This document shows positions 40,221 to 51,371 of a stretch of DNA of 64,000 nucleotides, piece after piece. Source of the stretch: Trichoplax sp. H2 (taxonomy: Eukaryota); assembly GCA_003344405.1 (NCBI GenBank), contig NOWV01000133.1:62001-126000 (forward strand), in the 5' to 3' direction. Positions within the stretch are counted from its first letter, which is position 1. Each line of letters starts with the position of its first letter. The translations under genes and the position numbers were made by a program. The notes under the pieces were generated by a model. That model did no database searches and was not told the origin of the DNA. It saw only the letters and a list, made by a program, of their open reading frames with translations.

Positions 40221-41242
40221 TTATTGGAATAAAGATGGCGATAGTTTTTCTTTGGATGCAGGGGGTTCACCCGAACAACATAAGTATTTCCCGTTATTCT
40301 CGAAATCAGTTAAGTTCTTCATGACTTTTTTCAACTCTGGAGCCTTGTAAATTTTTTTGACAGGTCCAGTCGTCAATCGAACAGCATTGGTAGAAGCCTG
40401 TAACATTTGATCAAATGTACGAAATTTCTCTTTTTTCATAACAAGCTTTTCACCAGTGTGATGTTTATCACCATTTCGATATAAAATTACGCTAATAGGC
40501 TTGTCCATTTGAGTGCCAAATTTCTCTTTTCCAAGTGCACTGGCCACAACTGGTTTATCTGATTTGGAAACGTTACTTTTATTCACAGCAAAATCGCGCG
40601 ATTGGCTGCTTGTACTGCCGGTATAATCCACCATATTTTCCCTTCCAGCCTTTCCAAGGCCCTTCCCGGAATCATCGAAGCGATTTTTATGGCTTCCCTA
40701 TTGTATCAACGACAATAATAGTGGTTAGTACCAATTTAATACAAGGACTCATTTCAAGCTAAAGTTAGAACATTATAGCAATGTATAACATCAAATTATT
40801 TACAACTATTTGGGCCTGATCATTGGTTTGCTAGCAAAATCGGTAGTAGTGGGGCGGATCACAAAATTATTGCATCTACGTACGCTAATCTCAGTTTATT
40901 AATGTAAGTACGGTAATCTGAAAGATGCGATACTATAATTTTTAAATCTGTCCGTTGAATTTTTAGAGATAAAAAGAGGTAAAATCGTATTGATAAGTGC
41001 TCCATCGCTCAAGACGGCTAGTATCGTTGATTCCTCCATCCTGTTTACTGTAGAAAACATGCCAGGCCTTAAAAGAAAGCTTGCGGTAGGAAAAGTAATA
41101 ACACAGTAAAATAAAATGATGTTCATCTTGAGCTAATTGCAGGAAAAACCCCTTCATAGGATAAAATTTTTAATGCTCTTACAGTATATTTAGACGAGTC
41201 CGTTAAGCGACTAGTCACATCTTGAGATTTCTTACTCGCCAT
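40221..41242 (-). CDS. Apicortin (partial p25alpha/TPPP domain plus doublecortin domain), 178 aa, 2 exons
   Basis: Exons 41242-41183 and 40697-40221 (GT-AG, phase 0) give [39 protein letters not shown] (TPPP motif GxGxGxxGR), then DCX-like LYRNGDKHHTG...TFDQML...GPVKKIY...FENNGKYLCCSGE. Confidence 0.93.
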
Positions 41243-41473
41243 TTTTGTTGTTGTATGTGTATTTTTCTTCTGTTGTTTTGCAAGTAGATCTGATCGGTTT
41301 CGCTGTATGTCGGCTGCAATGTTGTCTTATACTTATAGTAGCAAGCTAGGCTTTTATAACCATATCACTGGCTGAAATTATTCAACCAATAAGCGAATAT
41401 AGGTAATAGGATTTATTAAAATCAGAATTTCATTTAACGCTAATTAATTATGCATCTGCATACAGGCGCTGAA

Positions 41474-41487
41474 GTTACCATGGCAAC
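41474..41487. promoter_or_regulatory. RFX-binding X-box upstream of apicortin
   Basis: GTTACCATGGCAAC matches the GTTNCCATGGNAAC consensus, ~230 bp upstream of the ATG at 41242. Confidence 0.7.
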
Positions 41488-42399
41488 GTTGCAAGAGGAA
41501 GTTCTATCTGCTACATGAATGGTTATGTCTAAATGTTTTCCCTTTATGTTGGTCTTGGTAACATTATTTGTTAGCTAACAGTGTAATTGATCAATTAATG
41601 ATGATGACTGATACAATTTTATGGTCTTGTGTATTATTATAATTGAATCATTCAAAAATAACTTGAAATGATAATGGAGATTTAAAGTGAAGCATTGCAT
41701 TACAATGATTATTTTCTACAATTGTAAATCTACTCTATAGTTGATGATACAAGTAGCACCTTAATAGTCTCTTTCCTGTTTACAATAGTAATACATCTTG
41801 AAGAAGTACCGCTCCAATAGCAAACAAGCTTTAACTATTGTTGTTGTTGTTATAACATCCAATGACGAGCGATGTCAAAGGTTGCCATTATTTCCATCTG
41901 GTTTTATGCATATGTATTGAACTATTATTATTCTAGTAGATCGTAATGACATGTTGTTCCATCATCTACTTAAACAACAATACATATGATGTAAAGTTAT
42001 GTTGAGCTCAGCTTTGAAGTAGAACTTTGTTCAGCTGGATAATATCAATTTTAATTACATTATTAAAATAATTTATTCACGGGCTAGCCGTTAAGTATCA
42101 TATCTATCTGTCTTATAATGCAACTCTTTTCAAAAATTCACTGCATTTAGTATATCACAATTTATTAAAATATCCCATATAGCGATTTTCTTGCCATATA
42201 CTAACGGGCATGTTCTGAGTATCCCTTAAATTAAGATCATAATGTGTAGTTAAGCTGTTAAATAAGTTATTGTTGTCAATGTGTTATGTAGAAGCGAATT
42301 AGAGATAACTTAAAAATTATACCAAAATCTAGTACTGTTGACAATAACAGGTTTATATAAGTAATGGTTGTAATAATTCAAGTATGTTAATTTCAGCTT

Positions 42400-42775
42400 C
42401 GCTTACTTCTCCTAAAAATATTCCTGATAAAATATTGATTATAAATAACAGAGTTTGCATTATGTGTATGTTCTCATCAGAGATTATGAAATTGATGAAA
42501 ATTAATGAAATTATCATCCAACATGAATAATGAATAATATATTTAGGTTTGAAAAACATATTTTTTTCCGAACCTACAATTAGGATCGGAAATTCTGTAT
42601 TATTCAAGTCCTTAATATACTTATTTTTGATTTCTAAGTATTCCTCGTAGGTTTTGACTATTGCCGCAATTTCTGGTTCTAATCCTTGAATAAATTGACG
42701 TATCCGTTTCAGTAAGCCGGTTAACTGTGAAGTCGTCAGCTTGAACTTAGCCATAGCATCTTAGATCCTTTTACC
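42400..42775 (-). pseudogene. Truncated pseudogene of the minus-strand dynamin-like GTPase
   Basis: GKRI*DAMAKFK...QGLEPEIAAIV...EFPILIVG aligns with gene A exon 2 (KRRIQAAITKFE...QELQPEIVDIV...KYPILVAG); TAA at 42763-42761; the next exon starts GEVS (~42411) and then homology stops inside the P-loop. Confidence 0.8.
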
Positions 42776-45700
42776 AGAATTATTAAAAGAAATTCATGTT
42801 AAAATGCCCGACAGTAGTTATAGCCCACGTTATATTTCAAGCTGTATACAAATTCGTACAAAACGAAATGATACTTTAATACTAAACAATGATGTTAGCA
42901 GATTAAAATGCAAAGATGTTGGTCATACGTCGATTACGTTTCATTTTATATGTAGAACAGTTTCTACAACAAGACTAGCCCATTTTGGACTGCAACCATA
43001 ATAGACTAATATACTGGCACTGAGTATCAAATGATCTTACAGCACGTGTCAACTTTTTTGTATATTTGCGAAAAGGGCTGGAAAGTTTAGCACAAGTAGA
43101 AAAGGTAGAAGCCTGCAGCGTGCCTAAGATATAAAATATCTTGACCATGATTAATCTTATTACCAGATAAACATACGTCATTGCTCGTGCTACATGAAAG
43201 AGTAGGAGCATCTAGCTATTTGGAGATATTTACTAAAACCTAAAGAATGAGCGTAATATAACATTTCATGGCTAACATAATTACATTACTTTAACGTTCA
43301 ATAATGATTAATCTTAACCCTAATGAGATACTAGAAGTATGTAGATACTAAGCATACAAGATGGCAAACCTGATAGCTAATTCACTGTCAATAACTGTAC
43401 GAATGTCGGATTCTTCAAGCATCAGAAAAATTAGAATTCTATTAAAGCAGTGTTCAAAAGCCAGCTAAGGTATGTTTTGGCGTCCTTGACAAGTCTTTAT
43501 CATTAGCTGTTTCAATAAGCAACTAGTATTACCTACATATGACGTCAAGATGTAAAAATATAATTTGATCAAGTTGTATATTACACTAATAAAAGCCTTT
43601 AACCATTATTATGTACGATACTGTAGTGTATGGCGACTAGACTAACAATTGATTAATGTGATGTTTCAAGAAAAGCCTATATTAATATCAAATTTGCTAC
43701 AGTACGTTGTTTTTCCATTGTATATTTGCGTGTATAATGACCGATTAAAACTGAATAATTAAATATTTTTTACTATTCTACCTAACAATGAAAGTTTACT
43801 AATGTCTCGAGTGAAAGTAGAATTTAGTTAGATGGTCCACTGTTACAAATTGCCTTCTTTGTGAACGATTAACTCCTCTAGTAACTAATAACCTAACGCA
43901 CTCGGGGTGCGTGTAAGTAATCAATTACTCGAAAAATATTCAGTTAAAAAGTTTATTATATTGCTCGACGAGCCTTATGACTACTGAATTTCGGAACAAC
44001 TAGTCGTTGGGAGCTCGCTCCTTTTATCCTCTCTGGGAGCGGCTGCTGGTACATTCTAACAAACTGAGCTCTAATCATTTTCTACGTTTAGTATAAGATT
44101 ACATCTCACAATCAATATCAGGACTCAGTATAGGCAAAATTGGTAAACAACATTATAGTGGCAAAGCACTATAACATCCACTCATCCAGTTCAGATAAAT
44201 AAAATTTCTTCTATGATTCTACTTATTTGGACGCATATAGTATTAACTATGATCGATCAATAGACAGGCGATAACTTTATTCAATTGTAGTGATATATAT
44301 CATTCAATAATATTGCCATCAATAATTCTATCTGACTTAATAGTAATTGTATGCTACTATGGTGCAATAATAATCTATGTACTGTATTTGCAGAACTCTT
44401 CGCTAGGTTAAGAAGAACGTTAGTATTGTCATCCCTCATAGAAGACATCGTAAGTGTTTAAATAAAGTAGTTCGATCTAATAACTGAGGATTCTATCTGT
44501 GTGTTTCATTGATCTGTGACCGTAGATAGTCGGAGTACCTTACAACTCCTGTCAGGCATTAACTTATCAGACACAAGATTGTAACAACCCTATATATTTT
44601 ACTTTCACTGTATTTTCTAACACAAAACTACTATAATAAGCTGAGATCTTTACATTTGACATGCACTGGTGCTCTAATGTTTCAAAAGATTGAGAGATGG
44701 TTACAATAGCAAGAAATTACATTAAATTAATAGAAAAAATAAAGGAATAAATAAAAATACAGTTTTTATTGCAGTTGGTACTTGTAGAAACTTTATGTTA
44801 GAGTGTTTCTTAGATACAATCAAATTAGAGCCTATATAGAATTATGTACAATAGATTACTAAATATAAATCATGTATATATGAAATTATTATCCATTATA
44901 GTACAAGTTAAATTGTACTATTAATTAAATATGTAATAGACTAAATAGTACGGCACAATGAGTTGATTAATTTTTCAGATGTTTTGATGATAATTTATAT
45001 GGAAATTATTACTATGTGTCATAGCAATTTTTGCATGGACAGTTACGGCACATTTTATATATATATGTTACGGCTATATATCAAAAATTCAGTTCGCATT
45101 CTACATGTTGGTATAAAGTACTCCATTTATGCGCTAGCTTAAGTCACATTTTTTATATCTCAAACAAATGTAAACATGCTGGTTTATTGAGATATATACT
45201 ATATGTTCTTCTATTTTTATAGATATTCGAGAAATATATAATACATATTGTTCTATTTACTAGTAGAGCCCACGCTCCTTAAAATTCGCTTACTGAATTC
45301 ACTTGTACATTTTTCTTTAGAATATTAAATTGTTATCATTGAGATTAAGACCTAGATTTGTGTATCAAAAGTAATAAGTTTTTGTTCTGCTTCTACTTCT
45401 TAAACTTAGCTTCTGTATCTGCACGATTGGTATTGCAAGATGTCCTCTACCCTTAATGATGTACCGCTATAAAACATTATCGTCTTGTCTCTAGCGATAA
45501 TAAAGTCCAGCTAAGTGCCTAAGCTCTTATGAATTCGTCTGTGTAACAGCGAAGTCTACTACGAAAATTATAGTAGTTACTATAGAATATGTTGTATGTA
45601 GTGGCTATACTATATTCTAGAAATGTAATACATTTGTCTCGTTCTACTTAATAACCTTAATTGAAGCACTATGACTTTAGCAACATGAATTATTGTTACG

Positions 45701-46201
45701 TTAGTCGTTAAATCGTTTACTAGTTGAACATTAACGCATTTTACAGGTAATCACTTTCGAATTACGATATACCTTACTTTATTTAAAGAAATTAATCATA
45801 CATTAATAGAGTTTATTTAATTTAATGCGGAAATAGCAGGACTTCACAAGTAACGAAAATAAAATGAAAATTGTCTTCTTCGCTAGCGGTTGAAATATGG
45901 TGCACTTATAAGGGAAATGAAAGACTTTAATTGAACTTTTTAGATGAAACTTTTTGTATTACAATATTAACTAGAACACCTATATCGTTGTATTGCAATA
46001 TTGATATGTGTATATCTAATTTTAGAATACCACCGTATTGACTGGAGTAACGTATTGTAAAAAAATAATAGCAATCTTTCCATAGATTACGATATTTTCA
46101 AGGATGCTTTGCTTCGGTACTTTATATCAACAGCTTATTGAACCAGAAACGGTGGTAAAATGAATCCTATGCAGCTGTGGATAAATCAAAATAAATAAGT
46201 A

Positions 46202-49200
46202 TTATATTCCGCAGTCGTAACTATTGAGAACATCATTAATGTTTTTCCTGAGTTTATTAATAATGCTAATTTTATCTAAGGCGATATCCCTTGCCATAGA
46301 ATAATCTTTTTGATTAACTTGATTAATGAGAGTTTCATTTGCCTCTACTTGCCGAATCATCTGCCTTCGCATATTCTCGATAGATTCTTTAACTGGATTG
46401 GTATAATTTAGTGCAACTTGTCTCGCTTTATTTTTTTGGGCCAATTCCGAAAGAATTTTAGGTGAAATTTTTTCTAATACATGCAGAATCCTTTTTGTTT
46501 GTCTATTGATTTTACTTGCAGACCAGATTGCAGTAACCACAGCAGCCGCAACAATGATAGTAATAATAATTCCTATACCAGCTGTTGCTCCACCAATTAC
46601 TCCTCCGACAACAGCAGCACCAACTCCATCTGCAATAGTAAGGCCGACAGTAGCACCTACAGCACTACCACTAAGTGTTCCAGTAACAACTCCCAGACCG
46701 GCAAGTAGACTTCGACGTAATCCTTTTCCTTTAGACGGAATACCATCCGCGTATGAGCTGTTTTCTATAAGTGACGAAACGTTTTCTAGGTCCTGTATAT
46801 TATTTAAAATGGAAACATCCACTGCTAACTTATTTTCCAAATCATCTAATTCCTTTAAAGCCTGTTCATAGCGCGAATCTAGAGATTTTCGTACTTTTAC
46901 ATAAAATTGTTTGAGTAAATTGTTATGATCTTCCCAAACAGTTAATAAGCGAATAAATCGATCGTCAATTAGTTTACTAATAACATCTTCGATATTAGTA
47001 ACTTTTTCACGAATTGGTATGTCATCTAATGTCCAATGCGTCATCGAAAATTTAAATTTATTACTATTAAAAAAATGAAGCAAAGAAGTTGTAATTTGTT
47101 CAGTGTTATCATCGATAATTTTTTCAATGCCTATATGAAAATCTTGATTTTCTACGACAGTCTTTGCAGATGAGGTGTTATTTATTAGACTGTCCAAGTA
47201 AGAGATACGGTTTTTCTGATCCAAGCGAGAGCAATTCGCTAACAAGCGGTATCTATGGGCTACAACCTTCAATAAAGTGTCCAACCAACTATACATAATA
47301 TAAACAAGACAGTTACAATTAATATTTAAACTAATGTATCTATTTTGCATATACATTGGCATGCAGTACCTTATAAAATACGCTACTGCATTAATATGAA
47401 CTATTAATTCGGTAAAATAGCTAAAAATATCTATTACTACTTTAAGAAATATCCTAATTGCGATACATACCAGCTATAATTTACTATTGTCTTCTTCAAG
47501 CTATCTTCCAGTAGCTGAGAAAGAAGGGAATATACTGCTTTCAAATCGTCCGATATATATCCAGCTTTGAGATGATTTGCTGTGATTTGACTCGATAATA
47601 ATATGAGCTGAGAATCGTGAAAACCTGGCCAAAGTCGTTTTAAATTTTTCTTAATACTTTCTTCAACCTTGGGTCGATTTGTATCGGAGATAAGATCCCA
47701 TTTATTACAGATAAAAATGGCTGATTCTGGGGAGAATCTCTTAAAATTTCCATTTCCTGTATTTTGAGCCACTCTTAAGAGTCTTACAAGCTGTAAAGTA
47801 GTGAACTATTATTAGCTATTATCTTAGATGGAAAATTTAAATAATCACTTGGTATCAGCTGTAATTTATTAAAGCTTACTCGGTCTTCTAGTATACCCCC
47901 AGCATTTGAGGGATTGATGACGTAAACAAGCGAGCAGGCTTTAGGCAAATAATTTACGAGCTGCTGTGTTGCTAAAGATGTTTCACCTATCCCTGGGCTA
48001 TCTACTAAGAAGATTCCATCCTAATCGAGAGCATGAAGAATTCTATGGTGATGATTTTTGCATATGCTAGCTGAAATTGTCTTTGCATTTTGAACAAATT
48101 TTACTAACGGCAATAGCACATTACTAAATCGTTTCAATAAAACAATCTTCTCAAGTAGACACCAGAAAATTATGATAGACAGCCAAGGCCTTGTCTATTT
48201 TAATATAGTCAAATACATTCTACAATGCCAACTATTTCTCTATTTTAATCTATATTAATCAAAAATGTCTTAACCAGCTCGTTGGACAAACCTTCAGAAA
48301 GTCAAAACTCCAATGAACTTCAATCTTTCCACTTGTCAGTTCTACATCAGGAAGATCACAATTTACGGTAATATCATTTACTGAGGTAGAGAGCACAGGC
48401 GTTTCTTCGGTATCTGTATAGTCTTCATCTTGCTGAAGTGAACTGTGACCTTCTTCGGCTGCATTGGTGGAGATCTTTTTCTTGGATATCAGGTCTTGGG
48501 CACTTTTAATCTTTTTAACCAGGTCAGAAACTTTATCGATATGTATTGGCTGCAACGGTTCTAACTTTTTATCCCGTTTATTCCAAATAAACGGTTTCAA
48601 GCAAGAGTCTATGGAATAATGTAATTGACATATACACTTTGTGGTATGCAAATGGCCGACTGGCAGTACCGATTTTCCTAAGATTAAGTTAATTAAACTA
48701 CTTTTTCCAGCGCTTACTTCTCCTAAGATCATATACAAACAGATAAAAATATTGACTGTATTATTATCATGCGTAGCTTGCCGTATATTTCTAATTAGAA
48801 TTATTTAAGATACGAGGATAAAATTAGATCGTTCATTACAAATAACGTTGAAAGGATAAAAGTTTATTTTTTATCCTGAACCTGCAACAAGAATTGGATA
48901 TTTCATATTGTAAAAATTCGCAATCTGGTTATTAATATTCTCTAAATAGTGTTCGTCAATGACATTGACTATATCGACAATTTCCGGTTGTAATTCTTGA
49001 AATATAAGCTCCTTTGCTTGTAACGATAAGTTGATTACTTGTAATTTGCTTTCCTCAAATTTAGTGATAGCAGCTTGGATCCTTCGTTTGCACTGGTTAT
49101 TTCAAGATTTGTTAGGTATTGATCAGGGTACGAAAATACAATATTTTTATTTGATTTAGTAAAGTACCGGTAGCAGTAAGCAATAAATTGATACCAGAGT

Positions 49201-49602
49201 TAAGACATGTAGTTTTTATTACAAGTACTTGATAATTTAGAACAGAAAGCAGGTTATATCTTAAATTTGCGTTGGTCTAATGTTATCGTGGATTAATCAA
49301 CTTAAATAGAATACGATATAGTCTGCCGAATCGTAGGCTGTTTTAGTCACGACAATAATTTTATCCAATTATGTTGCAAAGATATAGAGATGTAATAATC
49401 TAATTTAGAAAGTAATAGCACTTACGTAGGAACTTTTATAGTTTTCAATTGTTGCATCTCTTCGAAATAAGTCTAATCGGTCTTTAAAATCCTGCAAAGT
49501 TTTTGTTCCGGTTGAATCGATGTTATATTTTTTACAGATATTTCTTGCAACTCTAGCGCTTTTTATTTCATCAATTTCACTCTTTGTTATGGCAGAAGCC
49601 AT
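46202..49602 (-). CDS. Gene A: dynamin-like (BDLP/mitofusin-type) GTPase with Gly-rich hydrophobic hairpin, ~788 aa, 6 exons
   Basis: Exons 49602-49426, 49092-48882, 48722-48292, 48020-47880, 47790-47471, 47288-46202 splice in frame; G1 GEVSAGKS, G2 LPVGHLHTT, G3 LVDSPGIGE, G4 CNKWD; helical C-terminal region with a ~60-aa G/A/V/I-rich segment. Confidence 0.88.
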
Positions 49603-50620
49603 TTTTAAACGATAGCTCTCACGATTATCAGTGCCGTAATCGAAAAGCTTTATGTAATGGCAAACTTGAATTCTGTAATTCCTATTCTTTGGATCTGAAA
49701 TGTGAAGGAGAATGAAATTCACTTTTAATTTTCTACCCCGTGAAACAGTTTTAGTAACACTTTTAGTATCATATGCTACTAAGAAATATCCATTAGTAAT
49801 CTACTCTTTGATCTTTGATTATGGATGGATTAACAATTACTAACTATGCTTATTATGATGTAATCTTTCAATTAAGACTATATAATTCCTGTTGAAGACC
49901 TGAAAAGAACTTGTACAGCTTTATCTACAGTACGTCACTTTATCGTACCTTGCTATATCAATATTATAGGGGAGTAATGAAGTATCGACAGTTCTATTCA
50001 TACATTGCATATTCTTAAGTCCATTCTACTGTATGTATATACGAGTACTGTAGATACCTTTTTGCTACATAAGGGGGGGGGGGGCTCTTCAACCTACAGT
50101 ATAGCGATCAGCGGCACCAGCAAAAATTAGTTCTCTACTACAAACGTAATATCAATTATTATAAGATTTATAAAATTTTTTCATGATAAGATCGGAATCT
50201 AAGGATTTGGTAGCATGTTTACTTTTTCTATTTTTTCCTGTATTGTAAAAGAATTTACTTTCTTATTCAGACACACATTAATTCGCATGAAAGCTAAGTA
50301 ATAATTCTAAAATCACAATTCATATCTGAAAGATTAATTGAATTACGTTAGAGCTTTACACTAATAAACCATACCGATACAACGAGATTCTCACAGTAGC
50401 TGAATGCTGATGATGCTCTATGATCAACCTGATGATCAAGCCTATTTTGACGTTTCAAGGGTTGTAAACTGACTTGGTTACGTAAAAAATTGCTTCATTA
50501 AGAATTGATATAGTCTATTTTATTGGCTTTGTTTGTTAATAAAAGCATACATTATGAAATATATTACAATAGAGCATTCTAAAAATTAACTATCGTACTT
50601 TTGTGTCAAATATAAGGTGT

Positions 50621-50680
50621 TCCTTTCAATAATAGCCTTAGGCGACGAAAGCATTGAGTTAAAAACATCTAATGCAAATG
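50621..50680 (+). promoter_or_regulatory. Non-coding element shared upstream of genes B and D
   Basis: TCCTTTCAATAATAGCCTTAGGCGACGAAAG...TAATGCAA is matched at 60693-60746; the copies lie ~0.7 and ~1.0 kb upstream of the two paralogous ATGs. Confidence 0.45.
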
Positions 50681-51371
50681 AAATAAATTCCACACCTATT
50701 TAGTGATGCTATTGCGAATGAATCCTATCTTATTGCTCTACCATATTTGTGAAGCCGGACAAATTTAACAGTCGATTTGTACTAAAATTTCAAAGAAATA
50801 AAATAACTTAATACTGCAGTAAAAATTAACAAAAACATGAAGAGCCGATTGTTCAAGGTTGTAAGAATCCGTTTATGTGAAATTTGAGCCAAATTTAATG
50901 TGAATGCCTTAAAAATTGTAAAGATTGAATTGAAAGCTGCACTATAGCTGAACAACTTGCAACCAGTATACAACAGAGAGCTCGCAGCACCCCTGCAATA
51001 TTGGTCGAACGTTAACACACGTACAATATGCAAAATATGGCGGAAGGGACAATAGATGACTTAGCCTAATCAGCACGGTACTATAATAATCTTATGCACA
51101 AAAGTCATCTATGTCATTATAAAGTATTACTTTCGTACTTTCCGAATTGCTTACAGCAGAAGTAAGCTAAGAACGATTGGTTGATTTGTAAGCCTATTAA
51201 CTAGAAGGTGACAGTTGTATTGTCTGATAGACGCTTATTGAATACAAATCGTTAATAAGAAGCGATACAAGCAGCATAAGTATAGGACATAGACGTCGTC
51301 GAGAGTTTTATCCGTTGAAAACGCCAGAGCCAAAATAGTTACACAAAATTTGATCAACAGCAGCAACATTT

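Noticed and set aside
40221-40634. Stand-alone doublecortin gene as given by the ORF track
   Set aside because: The frame extends upstream to a splice acceptor and an exon completing the p25alpha motif, so it is apicortin.
43850-44600. Locally GC-richer patches with small hairpins (e.g. ACGCACTCGGGGTGCGT)
   Set aside because: No tRNA or other RNA fold, no TSD and no second copy in the window.
46481-46871. Pro/Thr-rich and Asn/Ser-rich + strand ORFs resembling mucin or low-complexity proteins
   Set aside because: They are antisense shadows of the Gly/Val/Ala codons in gene A.
50073-50084. G12 run in the divergent spacer as a G-quadruplex regulator
   Set aside because: A single homopolymer with no supporting evidence; it may be slippage or a sequencing artefact.
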